64,000 nucleotides of DNA. It comes from Leidyana gryllorum EB-2025a (taxonomy: Eukaryota > Protista > Apicomplexa). The stretch covers positions 84,688-148,687 of the forward strand of contig JBLWGC010000143.1 of NCBI GenBank assembly GCA_048772705.1. The letters run 5' to 3'. Of the stretch, positions 34,647 to 46,400 are shown one piece after another. Position 1 is the stretch's first letter. Every line of letters begins with the position of its first letter. The notes beneath the pieces were generated by a model. That model did no database searches and was not told the origin of the DNA. It saw only the letters and a program-made list of their open reading frames with translations. A program made the translations under genes and the position numbers.

Positions 34647-37600
34647 TCAGTAGTGTGTGTAGACGGTGAGATTATGGGTTCCAGTCAGCTTGAATTTATC
34701 AAACCCGCGCCGGCATTGGGGACATTCCTGTCAAAAGCGGAGATTGGGAGCGGGGTGGGAGAGAGGGAAGGAAGCCAGCTCACCTGCACAACGTGATTCT
34801 CCCAAAAGACAGTGAAATCCTGCAGATCCCCAAGAAAGGCGTCCAACGGGTCTTCAGTCTCGTTGGTGGGACGTTGAAGGATTGGTGGGTCCGATTCTTC
34901 GCTCTCGCTGGAGTTTTGGCGCAGCACTGTCACCAGACCTGCTGAGGGAGTGCGAGACTCCATCGGCCGAGCACTTCTGGCTGTGGGAGGCTCTTCGCGA
35001 CAACGCAGCAGGCCTTCAAGCCGTTGGAAAGGATTGGGAAACTCGAAGGTACGACGTGCATCCTGCAGCCGCCCATGATCTGCACAGAGTTACGATCTGG
35101 GGTCAGAAGGTCGGTGTGTTGCAATAACTGACATAGATTAATAGCTATGAAATCAGTGAGAGAGTAGAGATCAGTGGACATGATCCAATACTCGCCAGGG
35201 AGTCTTGGGACCAGCTCGCGCTGTCAGAGTCAGTTGTTGGACGAAAGCCAAAGCGACAAAGAGAAAGATCCTCACCATCAGAGAAGAGCAGAAACGACGA
35301 GTTCCGTCTTCGCAGGGGAGAAAGTCATTTGACTCCCATAGCTTCTGACCGGAGCACTCTGTGAGTCGATAGCGATGGATGGGCTTGGGGCCGCAACGAG
35401 AGTACTCACGGCGACTTGGCCCAGATTTCTCCGCATTGCCATGCCAGCTACCCTCGGAGTCAGCAGACGCGGTACAGGATTCCGAGTACTTTCTCCCCAG
35501 CAGAAAGAAGTCCTTGAGACTCAATAGTTCCCGGCGCAATGTATGGACTTTGTGTATCGTTGGAACGATTCGCTGAAGTGAAAGAGGTAAGAGTAGTGGG
35601 CAGGCTTCAAAAATCCCACCTTCACAGCAGGATGGACCTGTCGGATGCTCAGGAGAGGAGCAGATCTATATCGTGTCAATAGGTCAGCCGCCGGCTGGGA
35701 CACCTGCTCGGGGGGTCAAAGTTGATAGGAGGTGGACACTTTTAGGGGGACGCACTGTCCTTGTTGAGAAGTCCCACGTCGATAGCACTGCCGACGGGAT
35801 CACCATGCGTTTTGACGAGATACACTGATGACAGAACAACAGACCGGTGAATGCGCAGAAGGCACTCGTTCGCGGCCCATCGGAGGGCACAAAGGTGTAA
35901 GTCGACGACGGTTCTGGTTGAGTAGTCCAGCCCAGAGACTCTCGGACAGTGGCGATCCAGCGCGTCGGCAGGGAAGGGGGGGCGTGTATCCCGTTATTGC
36001 AACTGCACACACACAGAGAGAGAGAGAGAGGAATTGGTGTTGGTGAGTGAGATTTGAAAACACATACTGCGGACAGAGACCCTTCTGCTTGGATATGAGG
36101 GACGCGGGGGAACGGATTTCTGGTACCCTCGTGAAGTATTGGGCATAGTGGGAATCCGGTGACTTGGTTTGATTACTGTTACAAGACTGCGAGAGACTAC
36201 GCAGGCGATCAACAGCACCTTCGGACTCGTTCCAGGGTCTAGCTGCATAGTCGTGTTCGAACACATCAGACATGGGAAAGTACGCCGACATTACGCCTTC
36301 CGCACGAGTTTGGCGATGTGGAGAATGTGCTCACCTGTTTGTGCTCCCCCCTCTTCTGTGTCGTGGCAGCCTCCATCTTCACTCTCGCCATCCGTTGCGG
36401 TTTCTTCTTTCACACTGCTGTGTACTGAAAATCGTAAACTTGACTCAATTCGAGTCGTCGCAGGTCTGTCAGTTGGGACCATGTCGCGTTTCAGGATACT
36501 CTTCGGCTTCACTCGCGCCGGAGTTCGGAGATCCAGAGCGGGGATATTGAAGCGCTTGTTGGCTCGGTGCCGCTCGAGATGCTCGTGGTGAAACTTGATC
36601 GGACTCCAGGGATGGGGTTGGTAGCTCATATCATTCTCGAGTTCCAGGGAGGCGAGGAACCCAGATTGCTCGAAGGACGGGCTCGACATTAGATTGCGTT
36701 TGGGGGGCGGGCCACCAAACACGGAGGACTCGCCTGACTGGTGAGTCGGTGCTTCGACTGGCGACTCGGAGCAGCCGGGGCATCGCCAGTGGGGAGGGAT
36801 TACGACGATCTGCTCTCCTCTGTTGATGGAGAAGCGGCGGGTGCGATTAGTCAGCTGCGAGGATCCTTGGGAATGCGGTGGTGCGGGTAAACTCGGCTTT
36901 GTGCTCTCTATGGATAGTTTACCCCCCCCCGGGAGCAGTGCCAAGGGGACGACCACTGGGTGTGACTCATCACTCTCCTCGCGTTGGTATGTTTCTGATT
37001 GTCTTCGTGGCGGGCGGCCCTCTGCCGACAGTGGGGGAGGCTTCATTAAGACGGGGTCCCCATCGGAGTGGCCCCGAACCGGGATGGGGAGCGGGGGGCG
37101 GATGGTTGTTGCTTCGGCCCGCGAGCCATCGCTGGAAGCAGTTCTGGGGGATGCAAAGGCGCCGTTAGCTTGACAAGACAGAAAGTTCTCAGTAAGTTGA
37201 ACTCCTCGATCTGTCATGCAATCGAACGTCGTCGCGCTTGCTAATGTCTCGAGCTCCATTGAACGGGGGGTTGCGACAGACTCGAAGTAAGCTGTCAAGT
37301 CTTTAACTCGTCTAATCAACTACACTGCTGCTCTGCATAGCTATCGACATCACTCACCCTGGTACTACACCCTTCATCTTTTATTTTGGCACTGTACGTT
37401 TCAAACTGCTGGGCACTTGCAAACACACCTGCCAGTGATCCCCACTAGTGGGAGGCGAAGGTGTGTCGTGCAGCCATGCGGACATGAGATCACAAAAACG
37501 AACAAGTCGGTCCAAGTTTTCCCTCAAAGCTGTTCTGCGATTGGCATCCTGCTGCCTCCCGTGTTCGGCCTGTTGTCGGCTCACAGGCAGTAACGATAAG

Positions 37601-40600
37601 TCTTGTTCCAGGCAAGCATTAGTCTTCATCAAATCCATCAACCATGCTTGTGCCCGCTCGACTTTCATGTGGAGCTCCACTTCTGTACTTCGGACGGTCG
37701 TGGTCAGTTGTATTAACCGCCGTCTTTTCTCTTGAATACTATCTGCTGCATCGTCTATGCAACGTTGTTGCTCGATGACATCCATTTCTCTCTTCTTTAT
37801 CTCCCCTTCCAGTCGACTGAGTTGCTCTGTCGCACTCGTTGCAGTCGCCTCCATTCTGAACGCCGCCAAATATATCTCATCCGAACACACACACACACCC
37901 CTTCACCACTCACTCTGCAATCTGCTTCCGCAAATCGCCCATTCTTTTCACCAAAGCGCGTCCGTCGAGTCCGTTCGCCAGACTCCGCGTACTCGCTTCG
38001 ATGGCCGTCTCGATCTGGCGCAGTTGTAGCCCCAAGAGACTCTCCTGTCGCTTGGCCACCTCGGTCTCCTTGAGCAACCCATCGAGGTTGTTCACAGGGG
38101 CGCATAAGGCTTGTATCCTATCGTCACAAGACCTCAACATGTTACCAAACATCTCGATGGTACTCGCGATGGTCCCTGCGGGCCGGCATTTACGATTTTT
38201 CATCCAACAGATCCAACCAGGAATCCGATCGAAAATGAAAATCACTCACCCTGCTCTCTCCACGGATGACCACCGATCGCCATGTTCACCAGATCTGTAG
38301 GCAATCGACTCTCGATATCGGTCAAAACAGCCCGGACCAATCCGAAACACTCAGCCTCATGCCCCACTTCTCTGATTTGAGTGCGCCAGTCACCCAGGAT
38401 TGAAGAAGGCACATCTCTGCGCGTGGCGTACCGATGATATTCAGCATTATTAGACTCAGTCACGACGCTTGTCGATAACGCCCCTTGCGCGGCTGTTGAC
38501 GAGTAGTGGGTTGAAGTTACATGGAGAACAGGCGGTGGCTCGATCAAACCGCTATTCGGGTCTGATCTCCGGCGAGCCGCAGCAGCGTCCCGCAGAACGC
38601 TCCACTCGTCCCGTAAGGAGGTTACGAGTGGTCGCAAAGCTGAACTCGTGGCTCGGCGATGTTCAGCTTCGTTCAGTAAGGATGTTAGATCGGCGATCTG
38701 GAGCCGCGCATCCTGTAATTTCCCTTCGATCATATCGCGATGCAACTGGGATTGCACCAACGAATGACTGACATCCTCTCGTTTCCGTGGCAGACTTTTC
38801 AGTCCACTCTCAACTTGATCAGCTTCGGTCCGCAACCGTCGAAGATCTGCCAGTGTCTCTTGCAGAGCTTCAGCAGACTCCCGTTTCTCTGAGATTAAGG
38901 CAGCCATCGACTCTGCCGCGGACCTGCAATTGGTCCCCATTTGGACATATTCCCGTTGAGCCGCTCTCAAAGATTCCTCCAAGATTGGGACTTGTTCGAG
39001 GGTTGCAGCCATATCTGCCGCTTCTGATTGAATAGCCAGCAGTCGATTCAGACAGTCAGCTGCGGATGTCCGCACGAAATTCGCTGTCTTTATGTACAGA
39101 TTCAGCAGTCCCTCGTGTCGACCACTGAGCTCTTTCAATCTGATTCGGCTTCGTTCAACTTCTTCCATCCGCTCGTGAACTTGAGCTGCCAATCGATAGA
39201 TAACGTGACCCGATCGCTGGGTATTGTTGGCATCGGCAGCCATCCCGGAACCCCTCCCTCCAACGAAGCTGACTGGAAGCCCAAAGGAGGGAGTGTTATT
39301 TTCACGGATGGCTGACGTGATGGTGGTGGCGCCCAAAGTACCATACGTATTGGGCGTTGCCGTAGTGAGAGCAGCCGGAGACTGCACTCTATCGCTGAAT
39401 GAGGAGCCCTTCCGTTCTGGAACGAAACTCAATCTGCGAATGCTGGTAGCTCTCGGAGTCTCTTCTGTGACGAAGCTACTTGGCTGTCCTGCCCAACTAG
39501 ACTCCACGCTAGGGGCGACGAGCCCGCTGAAGTGCCCTTCATCAAGCAAAGGGCTCAGGTGGCTAAGGTCTGGACAGGGGACAAGATGCTTCTGCAAAAG
39601 CTGTTCGAGATGGCGATAAGAGTCTTGCTCATCGCTCAATTTCGGAGCTATGAGTCGCTCATACCGTGTTTCCGCGAGTTGTTGGGCTATGCAACGGAGA
39701 TTGGTGACTGTGTCAACAATGTCATCCCGTTCTATGTGCCCGATGCGCTCCAGACTCCCTGCTGCTCTCCTGTTGGTACTTTCAGCCCCCAGACTCGATC
39801 TGCCCGATCCTCCTCCGTCTTCGACAGACAGATCAATCAGCCCAAGGTCAGAACTCACTCCCGGGGAGCTCAGTCGTTCACTTATCCCGTTCACCAGAAT
39901 CAACAATGAAGCGCTGAGCTCTCGCGTCAACTGATGAGAGCTCCACATAACCTGACTCTGCAAAGCATTGAGGAGATCCCGATCGTGGCGGATCAGATCG
40001 CGGATGCGCCGTACGCAATGTTCTGACAGCAAAGCGAATGTACCCTCTTCGGGATGCAAAACCGATCCTGGCGGCAAGTTCGGCAGCACAGAAGCGATGA
40101 AGGCCGTAGACAAGAAAGAATTATGGTGTGCGAGACGCGTTTGGGTGGGGACAAGGAACCTCGGCAAACTTCTTGACAAAGTCGGGGGGGAGTCCAGCTC
40201 GGGTCTGGGTGACCGGATCTGAGAGATGGAGCCAATTCGTCCGGGCATAACCTCAGCCTCGGCGGCCAGAACATTGAAAAGCCACAATACGTATTGAAGC
40301 TTTTCTTCGTCACTCGTCGCCACGACTCCCTGACAACCAGGAAAAATAGCATCTCGAGGTGAACAGCTCGAGGGGGTGGAGTAACTTGTGGAGGCAGAGT
40401 CTGCTTCATTATGGATAGTCTTGATCAAATTATCCCACACCATGTTGGTGGCGTACATAATCAACGGAACATCCAGCCCGGGGGCCGGAAGCATCTCGTG
40501 GGGTGCAGCCAGACGATGGGTGTCCGCCTGCTCTACCAGTTCTTGCACTTGATATACGAAATTATCATCGGCACTGGACAGAGCACCCAGCGCCTTGGCC

Positions 40601-42762
40601 AACCGGCTGAGCTCAAGATGTCTCGCGCAACGCTCAGACACCGTTGCGCGAGCGTCGCCTTGTAGATGGCGCAGGGCCGTGCCCAACGAGACGCGAGTTC
40701 TCTTGATGGGATTCAGGGGACCCTCGCCGTCGTCCTCCATCTCATCAGAGTACGATCTCTGAGTGTTCGAGGTGGGGTCAACAACGAGGGCATCGGGATT
40801 ATGAAGGATCTCTCCGCACATTGAGCTCCAATGTTTGCTCCCGCTCGAACAGCTCCCCTTGGGGGTATCCGTGTCTCCAGTCGACAGGCTGTTGTTGGCA
40901 GGGGGAGCGGAACGAGGGAAACGCACATGGATTAGGGCGACCAAACAACGCGCTGTCACATCAGACGACGATGTAGAGAGGGCTTGGGTCACACTCGAGG
41001 GGGAGGCTGGAGGAAATGAGAAAATGACTCTTTCGACTGAGCAGTCACAAAGAAGCACTTACTAGCGAGGTGTGTTTCCAGTAGAGAGAGAGTAGTTGGA
41101 TGCTTTGTCTCCAAAGCGACACCTGTGAGCAAAACCAAAAGCGCCACGAAGGAGTGTAATGGCGTTTGTCGGACATGTTGTGAGATCTCCGTCAGTACAG
41201 AATCGGAGCCCTTCATCATTATCACTTCGGCCATCGCCACCGGATCTGTGGAGACACACCAAGAACAATCCGATTCAACTCCACCGTCGTTCACTCACCG
41301 TGCATAACCAAAGAAAGCAATATCTCCTTGACCGGGTCGACAATCAAAGAAGAGGGAGTCTCTTCGTCGTCTGGAAAGAGTCGTCAAGTTGGGAGAATGT
41401 GGGTGGACCTTTCTTCTGTTGCGCACTCACCATACAGAACCGTGTGGAGCCGACCAAGGAAGAGAAGCAGTTTTATGTGACTTCTGGTTCGTATCAGAGT
41501 AGTCTTGACATCAGTAGCTTTGCTATTGATGAGATGGACCAACAAATCGACCAGAAAGGACGACATCAGCAGCCAAACGGGCCGTGAAGAGATTGACAAA
41601 AGCTACAAGGGACGCGATTGTTGTCCGACACACACACGTGTGGGGGGAGCGAAGACCTCACCTGCTGCATTATGCGCCGAATGACACTGTGATGGGCGAG
41701 TTTACGCTTGGCTTCCGCGGCAAAGTTGAACAAACGTCCGACAGTAATCAAAACGTGAGCTTCAGTCGCGCCGAGAGGCACGTGCATTGCGGGCGAGAGC
41801 TTTCCCGACGCTGCGATTGATGACATTGAATGCCGCGGCTCTTCCTGCTCACCAGACAACCTTCTCTCCGTCAAAAATCTGCGCGCCATGTCGCTCAGTC
41901 TTCCATTTGCAACACCCAATTGGAAACGATGATCTTGGGATAGGGAGGATGTGTGCTGTTTACGCAGCTCCCTTGAGGTCGAACGGCTGGTGGTGGTGGG
42001 AATCAGTTTTGGAGAGCTCCTTGCGTTGTGAGGGGCTCACTCACCATCGGCAGTGAAGAGCAAGAAATTGTGCGATAGCTGCCGTCGCTGGAGATAGCTC
42101 CAGGAATTTACTGGATATCAGATTGGAGAAAAGTCGCGCCGAGAGACTCACAATAAAGGCCTGGGCCATCCTCCAGTACGGCGGGAACGCTTTCTCGTTA
42201 GATTTTCAAGATAGACGTTTAGTAATTGTTGACGTCTGAGGGGCAGAGGGATGGCGGGGTGGTCAAGAGGGTCTCTCACTGCTCAACGAAAGCCGGATCC
42301 ATACGCCCGAAGGTCCGTTTGGGTGGTAAATCGGGCAATTGGGCGTCATCGCCAAGCTCATCGCATATCTCGGGGAAGCGTACCACAGATACAATGACAG
42401 CCTACCCTTGAGTGCAAATCAACAAATTCACGGAAGCGTCGCTTGATCACAGATAGTGCGCCAACCTCAACTATTTCAATGAGGAATTCCTTGGGGAGGA
42501 ATCAGTGTTATTACATCGCGCAGCCGCTCACTGTGTAAGCCCCTGTGAAAGCCGAGTAAGCGGTGTGGTGATTCGCCACTCGAACTGTCAGGAAGGGTTT
42601 TTCGTCACTGCACTGTCCGCGAATGGACGTTGACTTTATGTCTCCGGTCTCCTGATTGGTGGCAGATTGATCGCTTGTCGCAGTATCGACGCGATCAGAG
42701 AGTGTCGACCCCGTAAGAGACCCGAGACTTGATCGAGTCTTGCGACGCGCGCGGCCGTTCAT
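34647..42762 (-). CDS. Giant PX-domain + helical/coiled-coil + Rubicon-homology (zf-RING_9) protein
   Basis: N-terminal PX motifs IKRRFREFVDLHSR, LPDLPPKRTFGRMDPAFVEQRQQLLNVYL; C-terminal CAFTGLLFCHQC...IPSAVLSTWDF...YSLTDF...HVVQECPQC. Frame-preserving introns traced between ~41060 and ~37320; other junctions less certain. Confidence 0.65.
36005..36030. repeat. Compound (CA)n(GA)n intronic microsatellite
   Basis: A cacacacaca run followed by an agagagag run, inside an intron of the PX-RH gene. Confidence 0.85.
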
Positions 42763-42865
42763 CGTGGGGCACGGAAAAAAACAGCCAAACTTACCCCATC
42801 TCAGGATGTGAAGCAACCTGGTGTGGTGCTCGGCTGCTTGAGTAGCTCCAAAAAATTGACCAGAC

Positions 42866-43474
42866 ATGCCTGCCACCGCGGGTCGTATCCGTATGCCAGC
42901 CAATAATCGGCTGAGCGTATCGGACTCCCTCAAGCTCTCAGAAATATGGGTGAGTGAACTTCTCACACGACTCCTTATTTATCCCCACTCAGCAAAAATC
43001 GGTTGGCTACGACCCATATGCTCCCACAAATGAAGCTGCGCACAATGTCCCAGGCGCGGAGTCTGGTGCCGAGACCCGATCCTGGGGTATGTACGCTCTC
43101 AGCCAATTGGCTGGAACGTCGTCCCAAACTCCGGCTCAGACCCCGGGAGCCTGTCGCCGATGCGGCCAAGGTACGTTTCGCGTGTTTACTTCTCCTTTTT
43201 CATGTTCAGTTCAGTCGGGCACCTCAGCTATCAATGTAGAAACTACTTGATGAAGGCACGTGCAACAGATGAACCAGACCAGGGGGTGCAGGCAGCAGAC
43301 CACGAAGAGAGCAATGTCACTGCTGACAAGCGTCGAGTCGGTGCAGAAGAAGATTTTTGCTCACGGAAAAGGCGAGTCCTGCGCCACATTGCCAAACGGC
43401 GGGCCAAGAGCCACAGGTCTCGGGCCAATTGTCGCCGAAAACTGGGAGGAGGAGGAATGAAGGATCAGCGATAA
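42866..43474 (+). CDS. CXIP4-like CCHC zinc-knuckle protein (SREK1IP1-related), 3 exons
   Basis: MPATAGRIRMPANNR...IW|QKSVGYDPYAP...GACRRCGQ|VGHLSYQCRNYL closely follows the plant CXIP4 N-terminus. Confidence 0.85.
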
Positions 43475-46400
43475 GGGGGGACGAAATTTGACCGGGCCAT
43501 CGCTTCATACATCAAACGGAACCGCTCACCATCCCGCCGCGCACATACTAAATGTTGGACGTTGTGACCGGGACCCTCGTCCACTGGGATCAGAACAGTC
43601 AGGCGGCATTGACCTCGCTGAAGCCGTTCTTCAATTGTCCTTTCCTCGGACGACACTTGTAGCCCGCGGATCTTCTCCCACGGAGTCACCGCGAGAGGTA
43701 GAGAATCCAGTTGACACATTACTTCACATCCATCTGACATATAAATCGCGTCTGTCTCCGATCTTTCGCGCCACGACGCATCGTTGTTGGAAGAGTCAAC
43801 AGCCGCATCGCCCGACGGCGGTGGGCTCCGAAATACCGAACTGATGCTGCCCCGATGGACGTCCGTAGGCGGCGGTCGTTCTTTTATCCGCCCTTGGACG
43901 AAATTGGCACTTAGGCACAACCAGAACCGTCCGTGGCTGGGCCCCACGCCAAGAGCGCCACAGAATAGGCGGCCTCTGGCGATACCCTCGGCATTCAACC
44001 ACAATGTATATTGATAGGCAATACTCTCGAATGCTCGTCTCGCGGTCAGCGGATGGCTTTCCTCCAGAATGAACCTTGGCACACAATCAGACCGATTCTA
44101 AATATCCATCTTACCGAGGAAGCACTTCTTTGATACTCAGAATCCGCTCTATCTCCGTTTGAGCGGGAACGGGTGTGAGAGCTCTCAGCCCCGCGGGTTG
44201 AAACCTATCAGTTCGACTTATTATGTCGTCCGCGCTCTTCACAAAGGCACTGTCTGCCAAAACCCGTAAAGCTCCTTCCCGATTGTTCGTACAGAAAGCC
44301 ATTAGTAACTTCATTGCAGAGAAGTCGGGCACTGGCACTTCACACACTTTGCCACGCTCTCTTCTTACGGCCGCCAGATTCCCTGTAGGAGGTAAACCCA
44401 CCAGTCCACGCACAACATGTCGAGCTATTTGCATTGTCACCGTTGGAACTACCCGGTTGGTGATGGTTGTAATGGCGTCTCCAAGTGCTTGTGGGGCAGC
44501 GATGACAATGTCCGGTACCCGCACAGGTGCGCCATTCACTGTGGCTACCACAAAAGCCAGACTTAGCGGCAGATATGTCTCCAACAGCATTCTCAACGCT
44601 GTGTCAATCATTGGTTGCCGATGCCCATCTTGCGATAGAGCCGTCTGCAAATGCGCGGCAAACGTTCGTATCTCTCGGTTCAATCCGATTGCTGTCGCCG
44701 AGAGTTGGAGGTCCAAAGGCGGGGCACCGAACGACTGTATCATCAGGGGCTCCTCTTTATCCAGCTGTATACCCTCCTGATGTCGCACCGTCCACGGTTT
44801 CAAGAATTGCCACTGGGCTTGCGAACTCCGGGTGTCCAGTAACCGGTCTTCCACAAACCCAGGGGGGAAAATTCGAGTAGTGGCCTTCAGCTTGTCGATC
44901 AGCTGAGCCAGTGGCACGGAAACGAGGATTGGCCCAAGTTTAAGACTCGCCCTTTGCACCACGCGTCCGATCTGATTGAACTCGGCCACCGGAGTACCCC
45001 ACGGGGTCACAAAATTCTCACTGTGGACGTCGCGGATTCGAACTCAAAGACATCACATTGGACTCACCTGTGTGAATAGAGGACTCCGTGCAAGTTACAA
45101 GCGCGACCTGAGTTACTTAGAGAACCGATAAGTGGCTGAAGTCCGGCCGATCCGCCAATATCGAGGCGAAAGGAGTCCATCGTCACCGCCACTTCGATCC
45201 GTGAGACATCCAAACCTCCGCTTGAGAAACTCAGAGTAGCTCCCGTCATCAAAGAAGTGTAGTGGATGCTATTCACCACAGCTGCTAACACTCTGTCAAT
45301 TTCCTCTATGCGAGAGTGACCCTTCAACAGTATCTTTGCCTCTTTCCGGAGATCACTCGATAGCAAAGGCACTGCTCGGCCCAAGTCGACCCCAATATTA
45401 CGGACTCTTAAGAGGAACAATTCTTGTGAACTCTCAACGATCGACACGATGATCTCTTTCAGGTGCAATCCGACATTGAAGTAGGAGGCTGAGAGCGGGT
45501 AGACTGCCATCTCATCGCGGCCTCCCCGTTTGACCACACGTTTATCGCCCACTTCTATTGCGGGACAAAGTTGGTTCAGGAAGTCGAGAGAACTAGCCAG
45601 CAAGTGAGGATCGACCGCGGTCTTTGCATCGCTGTTGGCTTTACGAGAGAAAGGCCTTCGAGAGTGAGCCGGAGGTAAGGAGAGCGGAACTCCGCGCAAT
45701 TTGGCGAGAATGTAATCGTACAAAGCCGACCACGCCGCCGTGGAGAGAAGATAAGTTGTCTGGGCAAAAGGCGATCACTAAACACCCATTGACACGCTCA
45801 CCTTTCCAGGACTCTTGAGCGGATTTCGCGACACCATCAGCACCCGCATTTTGCCCCGCCATGCTGGAATCAAATAGATGAGGCCATTCTCCGCAGTCCT
45901 CTTGTGAAGAGCAGCGATACACGGCTTCCAAATAGCATATCGTAACGGGAGAGGTTTGTCTCTTCGCAAGCCTTCTGAGCCCTCAAGACCTCTCACGAAG
46001 ACACACGAGAGCAGATCTTCCACCGTCACCATTCCCACTCGTCTGAACATTTGAGGTTAAGTAATGGCAATGGAAGAGAAGTGAACTACGCACCTGGCAC
46101 ACTGCCGCATGGCTCCTCCAATGGATGCCAGAAGACCTCTGAGGGCCGAGTTGGGGAATATTGCCATAACATCTTGTCGCAAGAATTCGCCCTCAGGTCT
46201 CAGTCTTTCACACGGCAGCCAGTCTTGCCGAGAGGGCCACTCACATTGGATGCGGTATCGGGGTTGAGATATCAACGCTTGGTGTGGCTTCATTAAGCGA
46301 GCCTTCTCCAGCGGCGTCGAGCGAGGCCCAACACTGGGCACCAATATGATTTCAGCGATCATCTTATTCGGCGTCTCGCCAGCGAGGCTGGCCGGGGGTG

